From: Escherichia phage vB_EcoM-Ro121c4YLVW | Length of the DNA: 64,000 nucleotides | Direction: 5' to 3' (one strand) | Sequence record: NC_052654.1 | Shown: piece by piece, positions 15,610-25,657 of the stretch | Layout of the letters: each line of letters starts with the position of its first letter | Numbering within the stretch: the stretch's first letter is position 1 | Notes under the pieces: model-generated | What the model saw: the letters and a program-made list of their open reading frames with translations, nothing else | What the model was told of the DNA's origin: nothing | Databases searched by the model: none | Translations under genes and position numbers: made by a program

Positions 15610-16565
15610 GCAGATTAACAGAAGAGCAGAAAGCAGATATCCTTAGTATGAGTGCAGAGGGTATGTCTTCTCGAAATATTGCAGCAATTGTTTTAGGTAG
15701 CCCAACAAGAAAAAGCACAGTAAATGATTTCCTTGCACGTTTCAGTGGAAGTAAACAAGAACCCGTTAAAAAGAAACAACCAGTTATTAAAATTATTGAT
15801 GTTGAAACTGCACCAGAGATTGCATATACTTTCCGTCGATTCAAAGCCTTCATTTCTCCAGACCAGGTGATTCGCAGAGGTTATTTGTTATCCTACTCTT
15901 CTGCTGACCTGTATACTGGTGAAGTGGAAGGTAAGAACTTGTCTTCTTATCCTCTTTTCGATATTGATCATACAGATGATTGGGAGCTTTGCCAAGATCT
16001 TTGGAACCTTCTGAATGAGGCAGATGTAGTTGTGGCACACAACGGATATAAGTTTGACCGTGCATACATTAACCAACGATTTGCATATCACGATATGGCT
16101 CCTCCTTCTAATTATGTAGTCGTTGATACATTGAAGGCAGCTAAGAAACAATTTGCACTTCCTTCCAACTCCCTTAAAGAAATGGGAGCATATTTCGAAA
16201 CAGAAAGTGAAAAACTGGATAACGAGGGGTTCCCTTTATGGAAAGCATGTTGTGAAGGTGATCGTGATGCTTTTGAACGTATGCAGATTTACAATGATGG
16301 CGATGTTGTTTCACTCCGTGATTTGTATATGAAAATCCTTCCGTGGATTCCACAGCATCCTAACTTATCCGCTTATTACCCAGATGAGAAAGTCCGTTGT
16401 TCTCGTTGCGGCAGTGATCATGTTCACGTTGTTACTGGTAAGCAATACCACACTGCGGTAAGTTCTTTCGATATCATTCGTTGTGAATCTTGTGGAGGTT
16501 TGTCACGTAGTAGAGCAAACACCAGATCCAAAGATAAACGAGCAGCAACTATTATTGGAATCTAA
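15606..16565 (+). CDS. DEDD-family (DnaQ-like) 3'-5' exonuclease with C-terminal zinc finger
   Basis: Motifs IIDVETAPE (exo I) and VVAHNGYKFDRAY (exo II/III); C-terminal CSRCG...CESCGG. Confidence 0.55.
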   Translation: MSRLTEEQKADILSMSAEGMSSRNIAAIVLGSPTRKSTVNDFLARFSGSKQEPVKKKQPVIKIIDVETAPEIAYTFRRFKAFISPDQVIRRGYLLSYSSADLYTGEVEGKNLSSYPLFDIDHTDDWELCQDLWNLLNEADVVVAHNGYKFDRAYINQRFAYHDMAPPSNYVVVDTLKAAKKQFALPSNSLKEMGAYFETESEKLDNEGFPLWKACCEGDRDAFERMQIYNDGDVVSLRDLYMKILPWIPQHPNLSAYYPDEKVRCSRCGSDHVHVVTGKQYHTAVSSFDIIRCESCGGLSRSRANTRSKDKRAATIIGI

Positions 16566-16570
16566 TAATC

Positions 16571-16594
16571 AGGGAGCTTATTGCTCCCTTTTTT
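16571..16594 (+). terminator. intrinsic terminator GGGAGC-ttatt-GCTCCC + TTTTTT
   Basis: Direct reading downstream of exonuclease gene. Confidence 0.6.
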
Positions 16595-16623
16595 ATTGAC
16601 AAAAATTTGATATTAGTGTATAC
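16595..16623 (+). promoter_or_regulatory. sigma70-like promoter TTGACA-N17-TATACT
   Basis: Direct reading. Confidence 0.55.
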
Positions 16624-16651
16624 TCTGCTAACCACAATAAAAGGAGGAAAT

Positions 16652-16879
16652 ATGAGCATTACATTAACAGGTAACGAAATTTTTGAACTGTTTGAAATGT
16701 TAGGTTTGAACTATACCATCGAGAAAGACCCAGATTTACTTGATGTTGAAATAACAATTCAAGAAGATACAGCAATCTACAATAATGATGGTGATGTTAT
16801 CTATCAAGGTAGGGTAGCTTATTATACAGACTACCCAGAAGAAGGCGCAGTAGGAATTCAGGAGGAAAATTATGTCTAA
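16652..16879 (+). CDS. hypothetical protein
   Basis: Internal Met of ORF 16607..16879 preceded by AAGGAGG. Confidence 0.45.
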   Translation: MSITLTGNEIFELFEMLGLNYTIEKDPDLLDVEITIQEDTAIYNNDGDVIYQGRVAYYTDYPEEGAVGIQEENYV

Positions 16880-17273
16880 TGCTTTTGATAATCAGGTTGA
16901 CGGTGATCACTACACAAAAATGGCAATGCAACCTATTGAACTAGCTTATTTGGTTGGTGGCACACCTTGTTTTTGCAAATTGGCAAAATACGCAACACGT
17001 ATTAAAGGTGAACGTCAGATTAACCTAGATAAAGCTATTCATTGTATTGAACTAGAAAGAACCCTTATGCAAAATAACACGTATATGGTTCGTGAAAATT
17101 ACCCATCTATGACAAATGCAGCTAAACATGATCAAGCTATGCTTCTTATTGATTTCTTCACAAAAGATCCTTTAATCCGAGTGGCACTGAAACACATGTA
17201 TAACTCTTCTTATGTAGATGCAGTTGAAGCTATTAAACAACTTAAGGAACGTATTAGTGGCGAGCAATACTAA
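16872..17273 (+). CDS. hypothetical protein
   Basis: ORF track. Confidence 0.45.
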   Translation: MSNAFDNQVDGDHYTKMAMQPIELAYLVGGTPCFCKLAKYATRIKGERQINLDKAIHCIELERTLMQNNTYMVRENYPSMTNAAKHDQAMLLIDFFTKDPLIRVALKHMYNSSYVDAVEAIKQLKERISGEQY

Positions 17274-17451
17274 ACAATATGGAGCAGGAGAAGTTTATAA
17301 AATATTCAACCGAAAAGGTGATAAACTTTTACTAACTTTGACTATTCCAGAAACAATGTGCAAGGCGGGGTTAGACCGCCTTTTGTTTTTTAAACACAAT
17401 ATCCCACCAGGGGAATATACAGCTAAAAAGGTGAGCAATATTGGCAGGTGA
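17218..17451 (+). CDS. hypothetical protein (start uncertain; overlaps upstream gene)
   Basis: ORF track. Confidence 0.3.
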   Translation: MQLKLLNNLRNVLVASNTKQYGAGEVYKIFNRKGDKLLLTLTIPETMCKAGLDRLLFFKHNIPPGEYTAKKVSNIGR

Positions 17452-18016
17452 ACCAAAAATAATGTGGGGTGAAGGAACACCCTGGAAAACACAAGCTGAA
17501 TTTTATACTTATCTTAGGGGATGTTTTAGAAAAGCATGGATGAGACACCCTAATAAAATTAAGGTTATCAATGCAAGGCGTTTTAAAGTTGATCGAGTAG
17601 ATAAAGACGGCAATGTGATGATAGACAAGAAAACTGGAAAACCAAAACAAGTTTGGAATTGTGAGTGCGAAATATGTGGACATAGAGGAGGAATGAAAGA
17701 CTTCCAAGTGGATCATATTCACGCAGCAAAACAACTTCAATGTTTTGATGATATTCCTCTTTTTGTTTTCCGTTTAATCTATGTGAAAGAAGAAGATTTG
17801 CGAATGGTTTGTAAATTGTGCAACTCTATTCTTGCTTATGCAGACAAGCAAGGCATATCTTTTGAAGAAGCAAAAGCTGAAAAAGAAGCGATAGCTTTGT
17901 GTAGAGCTAAGAAAGATAAAGCGTGGCTGAAGAAGCGTAAAATAGAACCTGAAAGCACAGTAGCAAAACGCCGTAAACAAATAGTCAAAATCCTATTGCA
18001 GGAAATTGAAAGTTAG
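17441..18016 (+). CDS. HNH-family nuclease
   Basis: CECEICGH...DHIHA motif; TTG start with AAGGTGA SD. Confidence 0.45.
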   Translation: MAGEPKIMWGEGTPWKTQAEFYTYLRGCFRKAWMRHPNKIKVINARRFKVDRVDKDGNVMIDKKTGKPKQVWNCECEICGHRGGMKDFQVDHIHAAKQLQCFDDIPLFVFRLIYVKEEDLRMVCKLCNSILAYADKQGISFEEAKAEKEAIALCRAKKDKAWLKKRKIEPESTVAKRRKQIVKILLQEIES

Positions 18017-18052
18017 TATAAGATAACTATACTGAAAGAGAGAGGAGGTTTT

Positions 18053-18661
18053 ATGCAGATAGTATGTGATTGGGATTTAGTTGTGGCTCCATTAGATGTT
18101 GCTTGGTTAGAATGGTTGAATAAGATTAGTGGACTTGGTGTTAAGATAGATACATTCACAAAAAATGCAGACTATGATCTTACCAACTACTTTCCTGGTT
18201 TCAGGGAGGAGTTCAATATAGATCCTTACGGATTTCTGGATAATCCTCATCTCTATGATACAATGGGTTTTGTTCCAGGTATGCCAGATTTCTTAAAGTA
18301 TGTTTCAAGGAAAGGTAGCAATCTTTTGATCGCAAGTGTGACAAAAGGTGGTCACTTAAGTTCTAAACATAAGCATGTTTTAAGAACGTTAGATACGATT
18401 GATTTTAGCAAAGGATCTGGTAACGGCTTTTTTGCTACGAAAGAAAAATACTTATTGCCTTGTGATATAGCAATAGATGACAGGGCTGATAACCTACTAT
18501 ATTTTCCAGATGAAGTGGTTAAAATATATTTTAATACGCCTTATAAAGATAACCATCTAGAAGAACTAAAGAAAAAACCAAATGTTGTGATCACAGGTTT
18601 AGAAGATCAGTGGCTAACATGTTTGGATGTTTTTAACACTTTGAACAATTTTAAAAACTAA
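18053..18661 (+). CDS. HAD-superfamily 5'(3')-deoxyribonucleotidase-like protein
   Basis: N-terminal DxD (VCDWDLV) and C-terminal IDDR motif typical of NT5C-type nucleotidases. Confidence 0.45.
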   Translation: MQIVCDWDLVVAPLDVAWLEWLNKISGLGVKIDTFTKNADYDLTNYFPGFREEFNIDPYGFLDNPHLYDTMGFVPGMPDFLKYVSRKGSNLLIASVTKGGHLSSKHKHVLRTLDTIDFSKGSGNGFFATKEKYLLPCDIAIDDRADNLLYFPDEVVKIYFNTPYKDNHLEELKKKPNVVITGLEDQWLTCLDVFNTLNNFKN

Positions 18662-18670
18662 GGAGAAAAA

Positions 18671-19669
18671 ATGACAAAACAGATTTCGGCTAGTATTATT
18701 GCGCATTCCATCACTGAAGACGGAAAAGAGATTGTAACTTTCGAACTTGAATATCCACGTATTATTCATTCAGAACTGATGACTCACCGCCTGTTCAGTC
18801 GTAACGCTGCTTCTAGCCGTGCTATACCTGTTAAAACATTGATCGAAATGGTGCGAAATCAGCCTGCTCGTCCTTATCGTTTTGGGGCTAACCAACCTGG
18901 TATGCAGGACAAAGGTGTTGACCATGATGCTCTTATTGATGCAGGTTATACTGCTCAAGAGTGGTGGGATCTTGCCGCGCTTAGTGCAGCACGTTTTGCA
19001 GAAGAATTCTCTTTGGCAGGGTACCACAAACAAGTTGCAAACCGTCTTCTGGAACCTTTCCAACGAATTAAAACAGTTCTGACAGCAACAGAATATGAAA
19101 ATTTCTGGTGGCTACGTGATGACAAAGAAGCCGATCCTACTATCGAAGCTTTGGCTAAAGAGATGCACAAAGAGTATGAAGGATCTACACCAGAAGTGCT
19201 GAAACCAGGGCAATGGCACACACCTTATGTAGACCATTTCTATGATAGTATTGGCACAGAAGGTGACGATCATTTTGTTTTTGGTGGATACTACGTTCAA
19301 GATGAATCTGGAGAAGTTGTTGTGCTTACTTTGGAAGAAGCCAAAGCTATTTCAGCTTCGTGTTGTGCACAGGTTAGCTATCGTCGTTTAAATGCAACTA
19401 AAGATAAAGCTTTAGATATCTATGGTCGTTTGCTGACTGGGCGTAAGGTTCATGCTTCTCCGTTTGAACATCAAGCTACTCCAATGCAAGAAACATGCGA
19501 ACAATATGGAGAGAACTGTTTTGAAGATTTGTTTATCAATGCTCCTTGGGATTTTAACTCTTGGGAACCAGGTATTACCCATGTAGATCGTAATGGTAAG
19601 TTTTGGTCTGGCAATTTCAAAGGCTGGATTCAACATCGTCAACTTTTAACAAATCATACTAAATGGTGA
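18671..19669 (+). CDS. thyX: flavin-dependent thymidylate synthase ThyX
   Basis: ThyX signature RHRLFSRNAASSRA (RHRx7-8S). Confidence 0.8.
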   Translation: MTKQISASIIAHSITEDGKEIVTFELEYPRIIHSELMTHRLFSRNAASSRAIPVKTLIEMVRNQPARPYRFGANQPGMQDKGVDHDALIDAGYTAQEWWDLAALSAARFAEEFSLAGYHKQVANRLLEPFQRIKTVLTATEYENFWWLRDDKEADPTIEALAKEMHKEYEGSTPEVLKPGQWHTPYVDHFYDSIGTEGDDHFVFGGYYVQDESGEVVVLTLEEAKAISASCCAQVSYRRLNATKDKALDIYGRLLTGRKVHASPFEHQATPMQETCEQYGENCFEDLFINAPWDFNSWEPGITHVDRNGKFWSGNFKGWIQHRQLLTNHTKW

Positions 19670-19685
19670 TCTGTTTAAATAGTTA

Positions 19686-19713
19686 TTGACTTTAGTATTA
19701 GTTTTAGTATAAT
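19686..19713 (+). promoter_or_regulatory. sigma70-like promoter TTGACT-N16-TATAAT, followed by leader hairpin GGGAGGA..TCCTCCC
   Basis: Direct reading. Confidence 0.55.
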
Positions 19714-19767
19714 ATAGCACAATACTGGGAGGAGGTGAGTCCTCCCATTCAAAATGAAGGAGAAAAT

Positions 19768-20178
19768 ATGTCATTAGTAAATACTACAACTTGGGCTACC
19801 GTAAGCATGTCTACTGTAATGTCTACCCCTATCTGGAAACTAGAATCAAATAAACACAATGGCAATATCCCACACGAGAAACAAAATGCTGTTATTAGAG
19901 CGTCGCTTGTAATGCTGGGTATGGCTGAAGATTCACACTATTCTGTTGAGCGTAATGTGAATATCCGAAGCAATAACGATAAGCGAGTAGTGTTTGCAAA
20001 TACAACGCTTTTCACTTTCCCTGTTTCACCTAATTGTGGTTTTAAACGAATCTACCAAGAAAATGATATTTTTCATTTTGGTGATGAAGAATTTACAGGT
20101 TGGGGTGCGTCACATATTAAGATGGATGATTTCGGTAACTCTTATGATCCTGCGAAAGCAGATGATACTAATCAATGA
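19768..20178 (+). CDS. hypothetical protein
   Basis: Internal Met of ORF 19735..20178 preceded by GAAGGAG. Confidence 0.45.
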   Translation: MSLVNTTTWATVSMSTVMSTPIWKLESNKHNGNIPHEKQNAVIRASLVMLGMAEDSHYSVERNVNIRSNNDKRVVFANTTLFTFPVSPNCGFKRIYQENDIFHFGDEEFTGWGASHIKMDDFGNSYDPAKADDTNQ

Positions 20179-20429
20179 GAGGGACAATGACTGATAATAA
20201 ATATGAAGGCTGTGAAATCGAAGTCTATTTTGATGAAACTGTTGGTTGTAATGTAACTGTAATTCTAGACACTTCAAAACGTTTATCTCCTAAAAGACAA
20301 GAAGCAGACCGTCGAGCAAAAGCAAAAGGGTTTGATGACATAACTCATTTTGAAGGTTTTCTATATGCTAATGGACTTTTTAATGAAATGAAGTTCGGTT
20401 ATGATGTAGATGTTTTGAATATGCATTAA
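20175..20429 (+). CDS. hypothetical protein
   Basis: ORF track; ATGA overlap. Confidence 0.45.
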   Translation: MRGTMTDNKYEGCEIEVYFDETVGCNVTVILDTSKRLSPKRQEADRRAKAKGFDDITHFEGFLYANGLFNEMKFGYDVDVLNMH

Positions 20430-20445
20430 TAATAGGGAGGAGAAG

Positions 20446-22686
20446 TTGATTCGTTTTGTAACTAAATCTAACGGTAAGACAGAGGAGTTTAATCCAGAAA
20501 AACTTCGTAAGTGGTCTGAATTTGCAGCAGGTAAACTAAACTGGTCTGAAATTGAATTAGAAGCTGTGAAGCGGTGTTATGACGGTGTGTCTACACGTGA
20601 TCTGCATAAAGCAATGATTGCAGCGTGTATTGACAAGAAAACACAAGCTTACAGTGATATGGCAGGAAGACTTCTTCTGGGTATGATTTACAAACAGGCT
20701 CATGGGGGATACCACAGTATCCCTTCACTGAATACCTTTTATCATGATATGGTAGAACGTGGACATTGGGCTAAAATGGATTATACCGATGAAGAGATCA
20801 AAGAAATCGGTAAGATTGTAAAGCATAATAAAAATCTAACTTATGGTTATTCTGTTTTACGTCAGATGGTAGATAAATATCTTATTCGAGATGCAGTAAA
20901 CGATGTGGTGCATGAGTCTCCACAGTTTCTTTTCATTGGTATCGCAATGAAGGTTATGGAGATCCAACCAAAAGAACGCCGTATAGAAGATATTAAAAAA
21001 CTTTATACTTATGTTAGCGATCTTAAGATTAATCTGCCATCGCCGTATCTGACAACTCTACGAACTCCAATCAAAGGAAGTGCGTCTTGTTGTTTATTCC
21101 GTGCAGACGATACGGCAGAGTCTTTAGCCATTGCTAATTACTTAGCTCATGAGTATACGTTGAATAACGCAGGTATTGGTGTTAATCTTCAAACTCGTGC
21201 CACAGGTCAAGGTGTTAAGAATAATCGTATTATTCATGGTGGTCTTCTTCCGTATCTGAAATGGATGGAAGATAGTGTTGGAGCTTCAAAGCAAGCAAGT
21301 CGTGGAGGTAGTGCTACAGTTACCTTTACCATACTTGAACCAGACTTCGACGATCTGATTCGACTGAAGAATCCAACAACACCTATAGATAAACGAGTAG
21401 ACAAACTGGATTATTCTATTGTTGTTAACCGTTCGTTCTTGCGTCGAGCAGCTAAAAACGAAGACTGGATGTTAGTTAGTTGTGATGATGCTCCTGAACT
21501 TTATGAAGCTTTGTATAAAAGTGAAGAAGAGTTTGATGCAGTTTATGACAAAGTAAGCCGACGTCGCATTAAGAAAAAATTCGTCAAGGCTCGTGATCTT
21601 CTTACAGAGATTATTGTTCAACGTGCAGAAACAGGACGTATTTACATGTTCTTTGCTGACAACGTTAACAACCATACACCTTTCTTGGATACGGTGTATC
21701 AATCAAACCTGTGTCAAGAGATCTTCTTACCAACTAAAGCTTTCCACAGTATGCCGGATCTCTTTACTGGTGAAAATACAGAAGATCAAGAATTGGCTTT
21801 ATGTTTCTTATCTTCTATTGTTGCTGGTCGTGTATTACCTGAAGAATATGAGGATGTTGCATACTACACTGTATTGACAATTGACAACGTTATTGAAACA
21901 ATGGATTATCCATTTAAACATAACGAAATAACTGCTAAAGCACGTAGATCTATTGGTGTAGGCATTACAAACTTAGCACATTACTTGGCAAGTAATTTTG
22001 TAAATTATTCAGATGATTATGCTAAAAAATTAATGCATGAACTTGCAGAACGTCATTACTTTTGGTTGGCAAAAGCCTCTTTGCGTCTGGCTAAGGAAAA
22101 AGGTAATGCAGAATGGATCGATAAGACCAAATGGCCTCAAGGTTGGCTACCAATTGACACCTATGCTAAAGCAGTAGATAGTGTCGGTAACTTTGATCTT
22201 AAAATGGACTGGGAAGGTTTACGTGCTGAAATCATTGAACAAGGTGGTATCCGTAATAGTGTCTTGGCTGCTATTGCACCTAATGAGTCCAGCAGTTTGG
22301 TAAGCAATACTACTAACTCTCTGTACCCTGTTCGTGATACTATTATGTATAAACAAAGTCAGAAAGGTAGTGTATTATTTATTGTTCCAGACTACGAAAA
22401 ACTGAAAATGTTCTACCAATCCGCCTGGGATACTCCGGCTAAAGATCTTGCAGAAATGTATGGTATCTTTACCAAGTTTACGGACCAAGGAATTTCTTGT
22501 GATTCTTGGCTAGATTATTCTAAATTGGTAGGTGGACGTTTATCAGTGAAAGCCGAGATGCAGTTTATTCTGAATTTTGCTAGATTGGGTGGCAAGTCAT
22601 TGTATTACCTTAATAGTAGAACAAAATCAGCAGATTCTTTAGCACAAGAAGATTCTGATGGTGGTTGTGAAGCTTGCAAGATGTGA
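20446..22686 (+). CDS. nrdA: ribonucleoside-diphosphate reductase large subunit (class Ia NrdA)
   Basis: N-terminal ATP-cone, active-site NLCQEI, size 746 aa; TTG start after GGGAGGAG. Confidence 0.9.
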   Translation: MIRFVTKSNGKTEEFNPEKLRKWSEFAAGKLNWSEIELEAVKRCYDGVSTRDLHKAMIAACIDKKTQAYSDMAGRLLLGMIYKQAHGGYHSIPSLNTFYHDMVERGHWAKMDYTDEEIKEIGKIVKHNKNLTYGYSVLRQMVDKYLIRDAVNDVVHESPQFLFIGIAMKVMEIQPKERRIEDIKKLYTYVSDLKINLPSPYLTTLRTPIKGSASCCLFRADDTAESLAIANYLAHEYTLNNAGIGVNLQTRATGQGVKNNRIIHGGLLPYLKWMEDSVGASKQASRGGSATVTFTILEPDFDDLIRLKNPTTPIDKRVDKLDYSIVVNRSFLRRAAKNEDWMLVSCDDAPELYEALYKSEEEFDAVYDKVSRRRIKKKFVKARDLLTEIIVQRAETGRIYMFFADNVNNHTPFLDTVYQSNLCQEIFLPTKAFHSMPDLFTGENTEDQELALCFLSSIVAGRVLPEEYEDVAYYTVLTIDNVIETMDYPFKHNEITAKARRSIGVGITNLAHYLASNFVNYSDDYAKKLMHELAERHYFWLAKASLRLAKEKGNAEWIDKTKWPQGWLPIDTYAKAVDSVGNFDLKMDWEGLRAEIIEQGGIRNSVLAAIAPNESSSLVSNTTNSLYPVRDTIMYKQSQKGSVLFIVPDYEKLKMFYQSAWDTPAKDLAEMYGIFTKFTDQGISCDSWLDYSKLVGGRLSVKAEMQFILNFARLGGKSLYYLNSRTKSADSLAQEDSDGGCEACKM

Positions 22687-22692
22687 TGAAAC

Positions 22693-22715
22693 TAGGGGCT
22701 TCGGCCCCTTTTTAT
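22693..22715 (+). terminator. intrinsic terminator AGGGGC-TTCG-GCCCCT + TTTTT
   Basis: Direct reading; same hairpin recurs at 28862 and 40961. Confidence 0.6.
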
Positions 22716-22730
22716 TGAGGAGAATTTTAA

Positions 22731-23816
22731 ATGGCAGCAATTAATTTACACAATGAAGTTTACAAAACAGGAAAATATCCAGTATTTTTAGGGGAACAAT
22801 TAGGGATTTTTGATTCTGTTAACGTAACTTATCCAGAGATGCACAAACTCTACAAACTTCAAAAAGCACAAGATTGGGATGAGAATGAAGTCAATCTGGA
22901 TCAAACACGTAAAGATTTCGTAGCTTGTTCTAAAAACAACTATGATGTTATGATTAAAAACTTATCGTTCCAATGGGAAAATGATTCTCTTGCAAAATCA
23001 ATCATCACTTTGTTCTCTCCATTCTTGAGTAACAATGAAGCCTGTGCTATGATGATGAAGCAGAGTGAAATGGAAGTTCTCCATGCGTTAACGTATTCTG
23101 AAATAATCCGTCAATGTACTCCAGATCCAATCGAAGTCATCAATCAGATTATGATTAATGATAAAATTTTCAATCGTATGGGTATCATTGCTGATATCAT
23201 GGGTCAGTTGGAAGAAGCTGGTCATAAGTATGCTCTAGGATTGATTGAAGCTAACGATGAACTTCGACTGCTGATTCTTAAAGGGATGGTAGCCCTGATT
23301 GGATTAGAAGGTATTCAGTTTATATCTTCCTTCTCTGCTACTTTTGCTATGGCAGAACAACAACTGTTTGTTGGGGCTTGTAAACTGATCCAGAAAATTA
23401 TGCTAGATGAAATCTTGCATGTTAAGATGGATTACGCTGTAATTGATGCATTGATGCATGACCCAATTTGGCGTAAAATTTACGAAGATAATATTGAAGA
23501 GTTGACTTTGATCCTCGACACTGTTGTTGAACAAGAGGAACAGTGGTGTGACTACCTGTTTAGTGAAGGGCGTTTTATTGTAGGTCTTAACGCCGAATTG
23601 TCTAAACAGTGGGTTTATTTCAATGCTGCTCCTATTTATCGTCGATTGAAAATGAAAGCCAAGTTTAAAGCACCTAAACATAGTCCTTTAGCTTGGATGG
23701 AAAAATGGTTGAATCCTGATTTGATTCAGTCAGCAGCCCAAGAGATTCAGTTAACTAATTACAAATTGAATTCAGCTAACAAAGATCTCTCTGATGATGA
23801 GGAGCTTGACTTCTAA
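22731..23816 (+). CDS. nrdB: ribonucleoside-diphosphate reductase small subunit NrdB
   Basis: Size and position after nrdA, ferritin-like helical profile with conserved E/H ligands. Confidence 0.8.
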   Translation: MAAINLHNEVYKTGKYPVFLGEQLGIFDSVNVTYPEMHKLYKLQKAQDWDENEVNLDQTRKDFVACSKNNYDVMIKNLSFQWENDSLAKSIITLFSPFLSNNEACAMMMKQSEMEVLHALTYSEIIRQCTPDPIEVINQIMINDKIFNRMGIIADIMGQLEEAGHKYALGLIEANDELRLLILKGMVALIGLEGIQFISSFSATFAMAEQQLFVGACKLIQKIMLDEILHVKMDYAVIDALMHDPIWRKIYEDNIEELTLILDTVVEQEEQWCDYLFSEGRFIVGLNAELSKQWVYFNAAPIYRRLKMKAKFKAPKHSPLAWMEKWLNPDLIQSAAQEIQLTNYKLNSANKDLSDDEELDF

Positions 23817-24025
23817 TGATTTTGAGATGTGTTGGTATAATCGACACATTCAAAGACGTTTTTGATAAAGGGGCTTCTTATGAAGCCTCTGAAATGAAGA
23901 ATGGTTTTTGTGATGTATTCGGTAAACGCCTGAAGAAAAACGGCGATCCTTGGCTAGGAGTTATGTCTTGTGGTCATATTATTGTAAATGGTGTTGCCAA
24001 ATTTGAAATAATTAAGGAGGAATAG
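23816..24025 (+). CDS. hypothetical protein
   Basis: ORF track; ATGA overlap with nrdB stop. Confidence 0.4.
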   Translation: MILRCVGIIDTFKDVFDKGASYEASEMKNGFCDVFGKRLKKNGDPWLGVMSCGHIIVNGVAKFEIIKEE

Positions 24026-24177
24026 TGGCTGAAAAACTTATTTTTTGTCCTGTGTGCGGTGGGACGGGACAGATGGAAGTGGAAATTATGGTAACATTTC
24101 CTTGCCTGAATTGTCATGGTGAGGGGCGAGTAGTAGTCTTTGAAAAAGAAGGGTTGGAGGTAGAAGATGGAGAGTGA
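24025..24177 (+). CDS. small zinc-ribbon protein (CPVCGG...CLNCHG)
   Basis: GTG after AAGGAGG; two CxxC pairs. Confidence 0.35.
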   Translation: MAEKLIFCPVCGGTGQMEVEIMVTFPCLNCHGEGRVVVFEKEGLEVEDGE

Positions 24178-24331
24178 AAAAGAGTATGTCCGCATTCCAC
24201 GAGAATTAACAGATCACATTGCAGAAGCAATAGCTTTCGAAGCTAGATGTTGTGGAGGTATTGCTTACGATATTTATGAAGCAATTATTAAAGCTGCTCA
24301 AGAAGAGGAGGAGATGAATAATGGGTATTGA
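24167..24331 (+). CDS. small hypothetical protein
   Basis: ATG after GGAGGT; overlaps neighbours at both ends. Confidence 0.3.
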   Translation: MESEKEYVRIPRELTDHIAEAIAFEARCCGGIAYDIYEAIIKAAQEEEEMNNGY

Positions 24332-24647
24332 TATCGAATGGCGTATGTTACAGGGTGCACCATATGATAAATGGAAAGAAATATTTGGAGACGACCCACA
24401 AGTTGAAGACCAGTTCGATGGGGACTTTAATTGGTTTCTCTGCGAAGGTTTGGGCTTGGAAAACATTTCCCCGTGGTACGATGCAGATCCTGAAGATTGT
24501 GTCTTCGGTGTCAAGCTGTGTAGCGGCTGTGGTGCTTGTGCCATAGACCTCACAAGCTTAAATAAAAAAGCGAATGAGATCTATTTTGAACTGCTTAATA
24601 AGTATAATATTGAAACTGAAACATTAGTATCACAAAACGTCTGGTAA
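24321..24647 (+). CDS. hypothetical Cys-containing protein
   Basis: ORF track. Confidence 0.45.
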   Translation: MGIDIEWRMLQGAPYDKWKEIFGDDPQVEDQFDGDFNWFLCEGLGLENISPWYDADPEDCVFGVKLCSGCGACAIDLTSLNKKANEIYFELLNKYNIETETLVSQNVW

Positions 24648-24656
24648 GGAGAACTG

Positions 24657-25649
24657 ATGCGCTATCTGGTAACAGGTGGTCTTGGTTTTATTGGGAGTGC
24701 CGTGGTGCGCTCTCTTTGTCAAGATCCTAATAACGAAGTTTTTGTCGTTGATAAGATGAGCTATGCAGCAGATATTGAGAATGTAGGCGATATCACTCAC
24801 GTTAAACTAAGCATGACAGATTTGGCAAACGAAGCCCAAGTAAAAAGTTTAGTAGTAGAGTGCAATCCCGATTTCATCATTCACTTAGCGGCAGAGAGTC
24901 ATGTGGATAATTCTATCAAGAATCCACGAGTTTTCATCGACTCCAATATTATTGGTACATACAATTTATTGGAAGCTGCAAGGCTCCTCCCAAAGAATAA
25001 ACTGAAGATGTTCGTACACGTCTCCACAGACGAAGTGTACGGCGATATGGCAGACTCTGGCGTTCCCTTTACCGAAGAGACAGCTTATGCCCCTTCAAGC
25101 CCATACAGTGCGTCTAAGGCAGCATCTGACCATCTTGTGAAAGCTTGGCACCGTACCTACGATTTGCCTGTTGTGATAACCAACTGCTCCAATAACTTTG
25201 GACCTTATCAACATCCAGAAAAGCTGATCCCAAAAATCATCACAAGTATTTTGACGAATAAAGAGATTCCGGTGTATGGTAAAGGCGATCAGGTGCGAGA
25301 CTGGCTTTTTGTTGAGGATCATGCGAGAGCTATTCTTCAAGTGGCAACAGGTGGAGAACCAGGCCAAACGTATAACGTTGGAACACGTAATCCCAAAACC
25401 AATATGGAGATCATCTATATGGTTTGTGACTACATGGATGCTGTACATCCAGAAGCAGGAACCTACCCTTCTTCCAACTTGATAACTTTTGTTGAAGATC
25501 GTAAAGGACATGACTTGCGTTATGAAATCAATCCTTCTAAGATAGAGTCTGAACTGGGTTGGAGTGCAAACTCTACATTTGAACAAGATCTCTACTCAAC
25601 GATTGAATGGTACTTAAACAACCCTCAATGGTGGAGTGAGAAGATTTAA
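24657..25649 (+). CDS. rmlB: dTDP-glucose 4,6-dehydratase
   Basis: Rossmann GGLGFIGS, catalytic YxxxK (YSASK), SDR-extended family length. Confidence 0.85.
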   Translation: MRYLVTGGLGFIGSAVVRSLCQDPNNEVFVVDKMSYAADIENVGDITHVKLSMTDLANEAQVKSLVVECNPDFIIHLAAESHVDNSIKNPRVFIDSNIIGTYNLLEAARLLPKNKLKMFVHVSTDEVYGDMADSGVPFTEETAYAPSSPYSASKAASDHLVKAWHRTYDLPVVITNCSNNFGPYQHPEKLIPKIITSILTNKEIPVYGKGDQVRDWLFVEDHARAILQVATGGEPGQTYNVGTRNPKTNMEIIYMVCDYMDAVHPEAGTYPSSNLITFVEDRKGHDLRYEINPSKIESELGWSANSTFEQDLYSTIEWYLNNPQWWSEKI

Positions 25650-25657
25650 GGAGGGCT

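Noticed and set aside
21472-21877. ORFs 21472..21702 (-) and 21593..21877 (+) inside nrdA
   Set aside because: Embedded within or antisense to a confidently identified 746-aa RNR large-subunit gene.
25095-25586. 163-aa minus-strand ORF antisense to rmlB, and 25276..25482 (+)
   Set aside because: Overlaps the dTDP-glucose dehydratase gene, which has clear family motifs; antisense/shadow ORFs.
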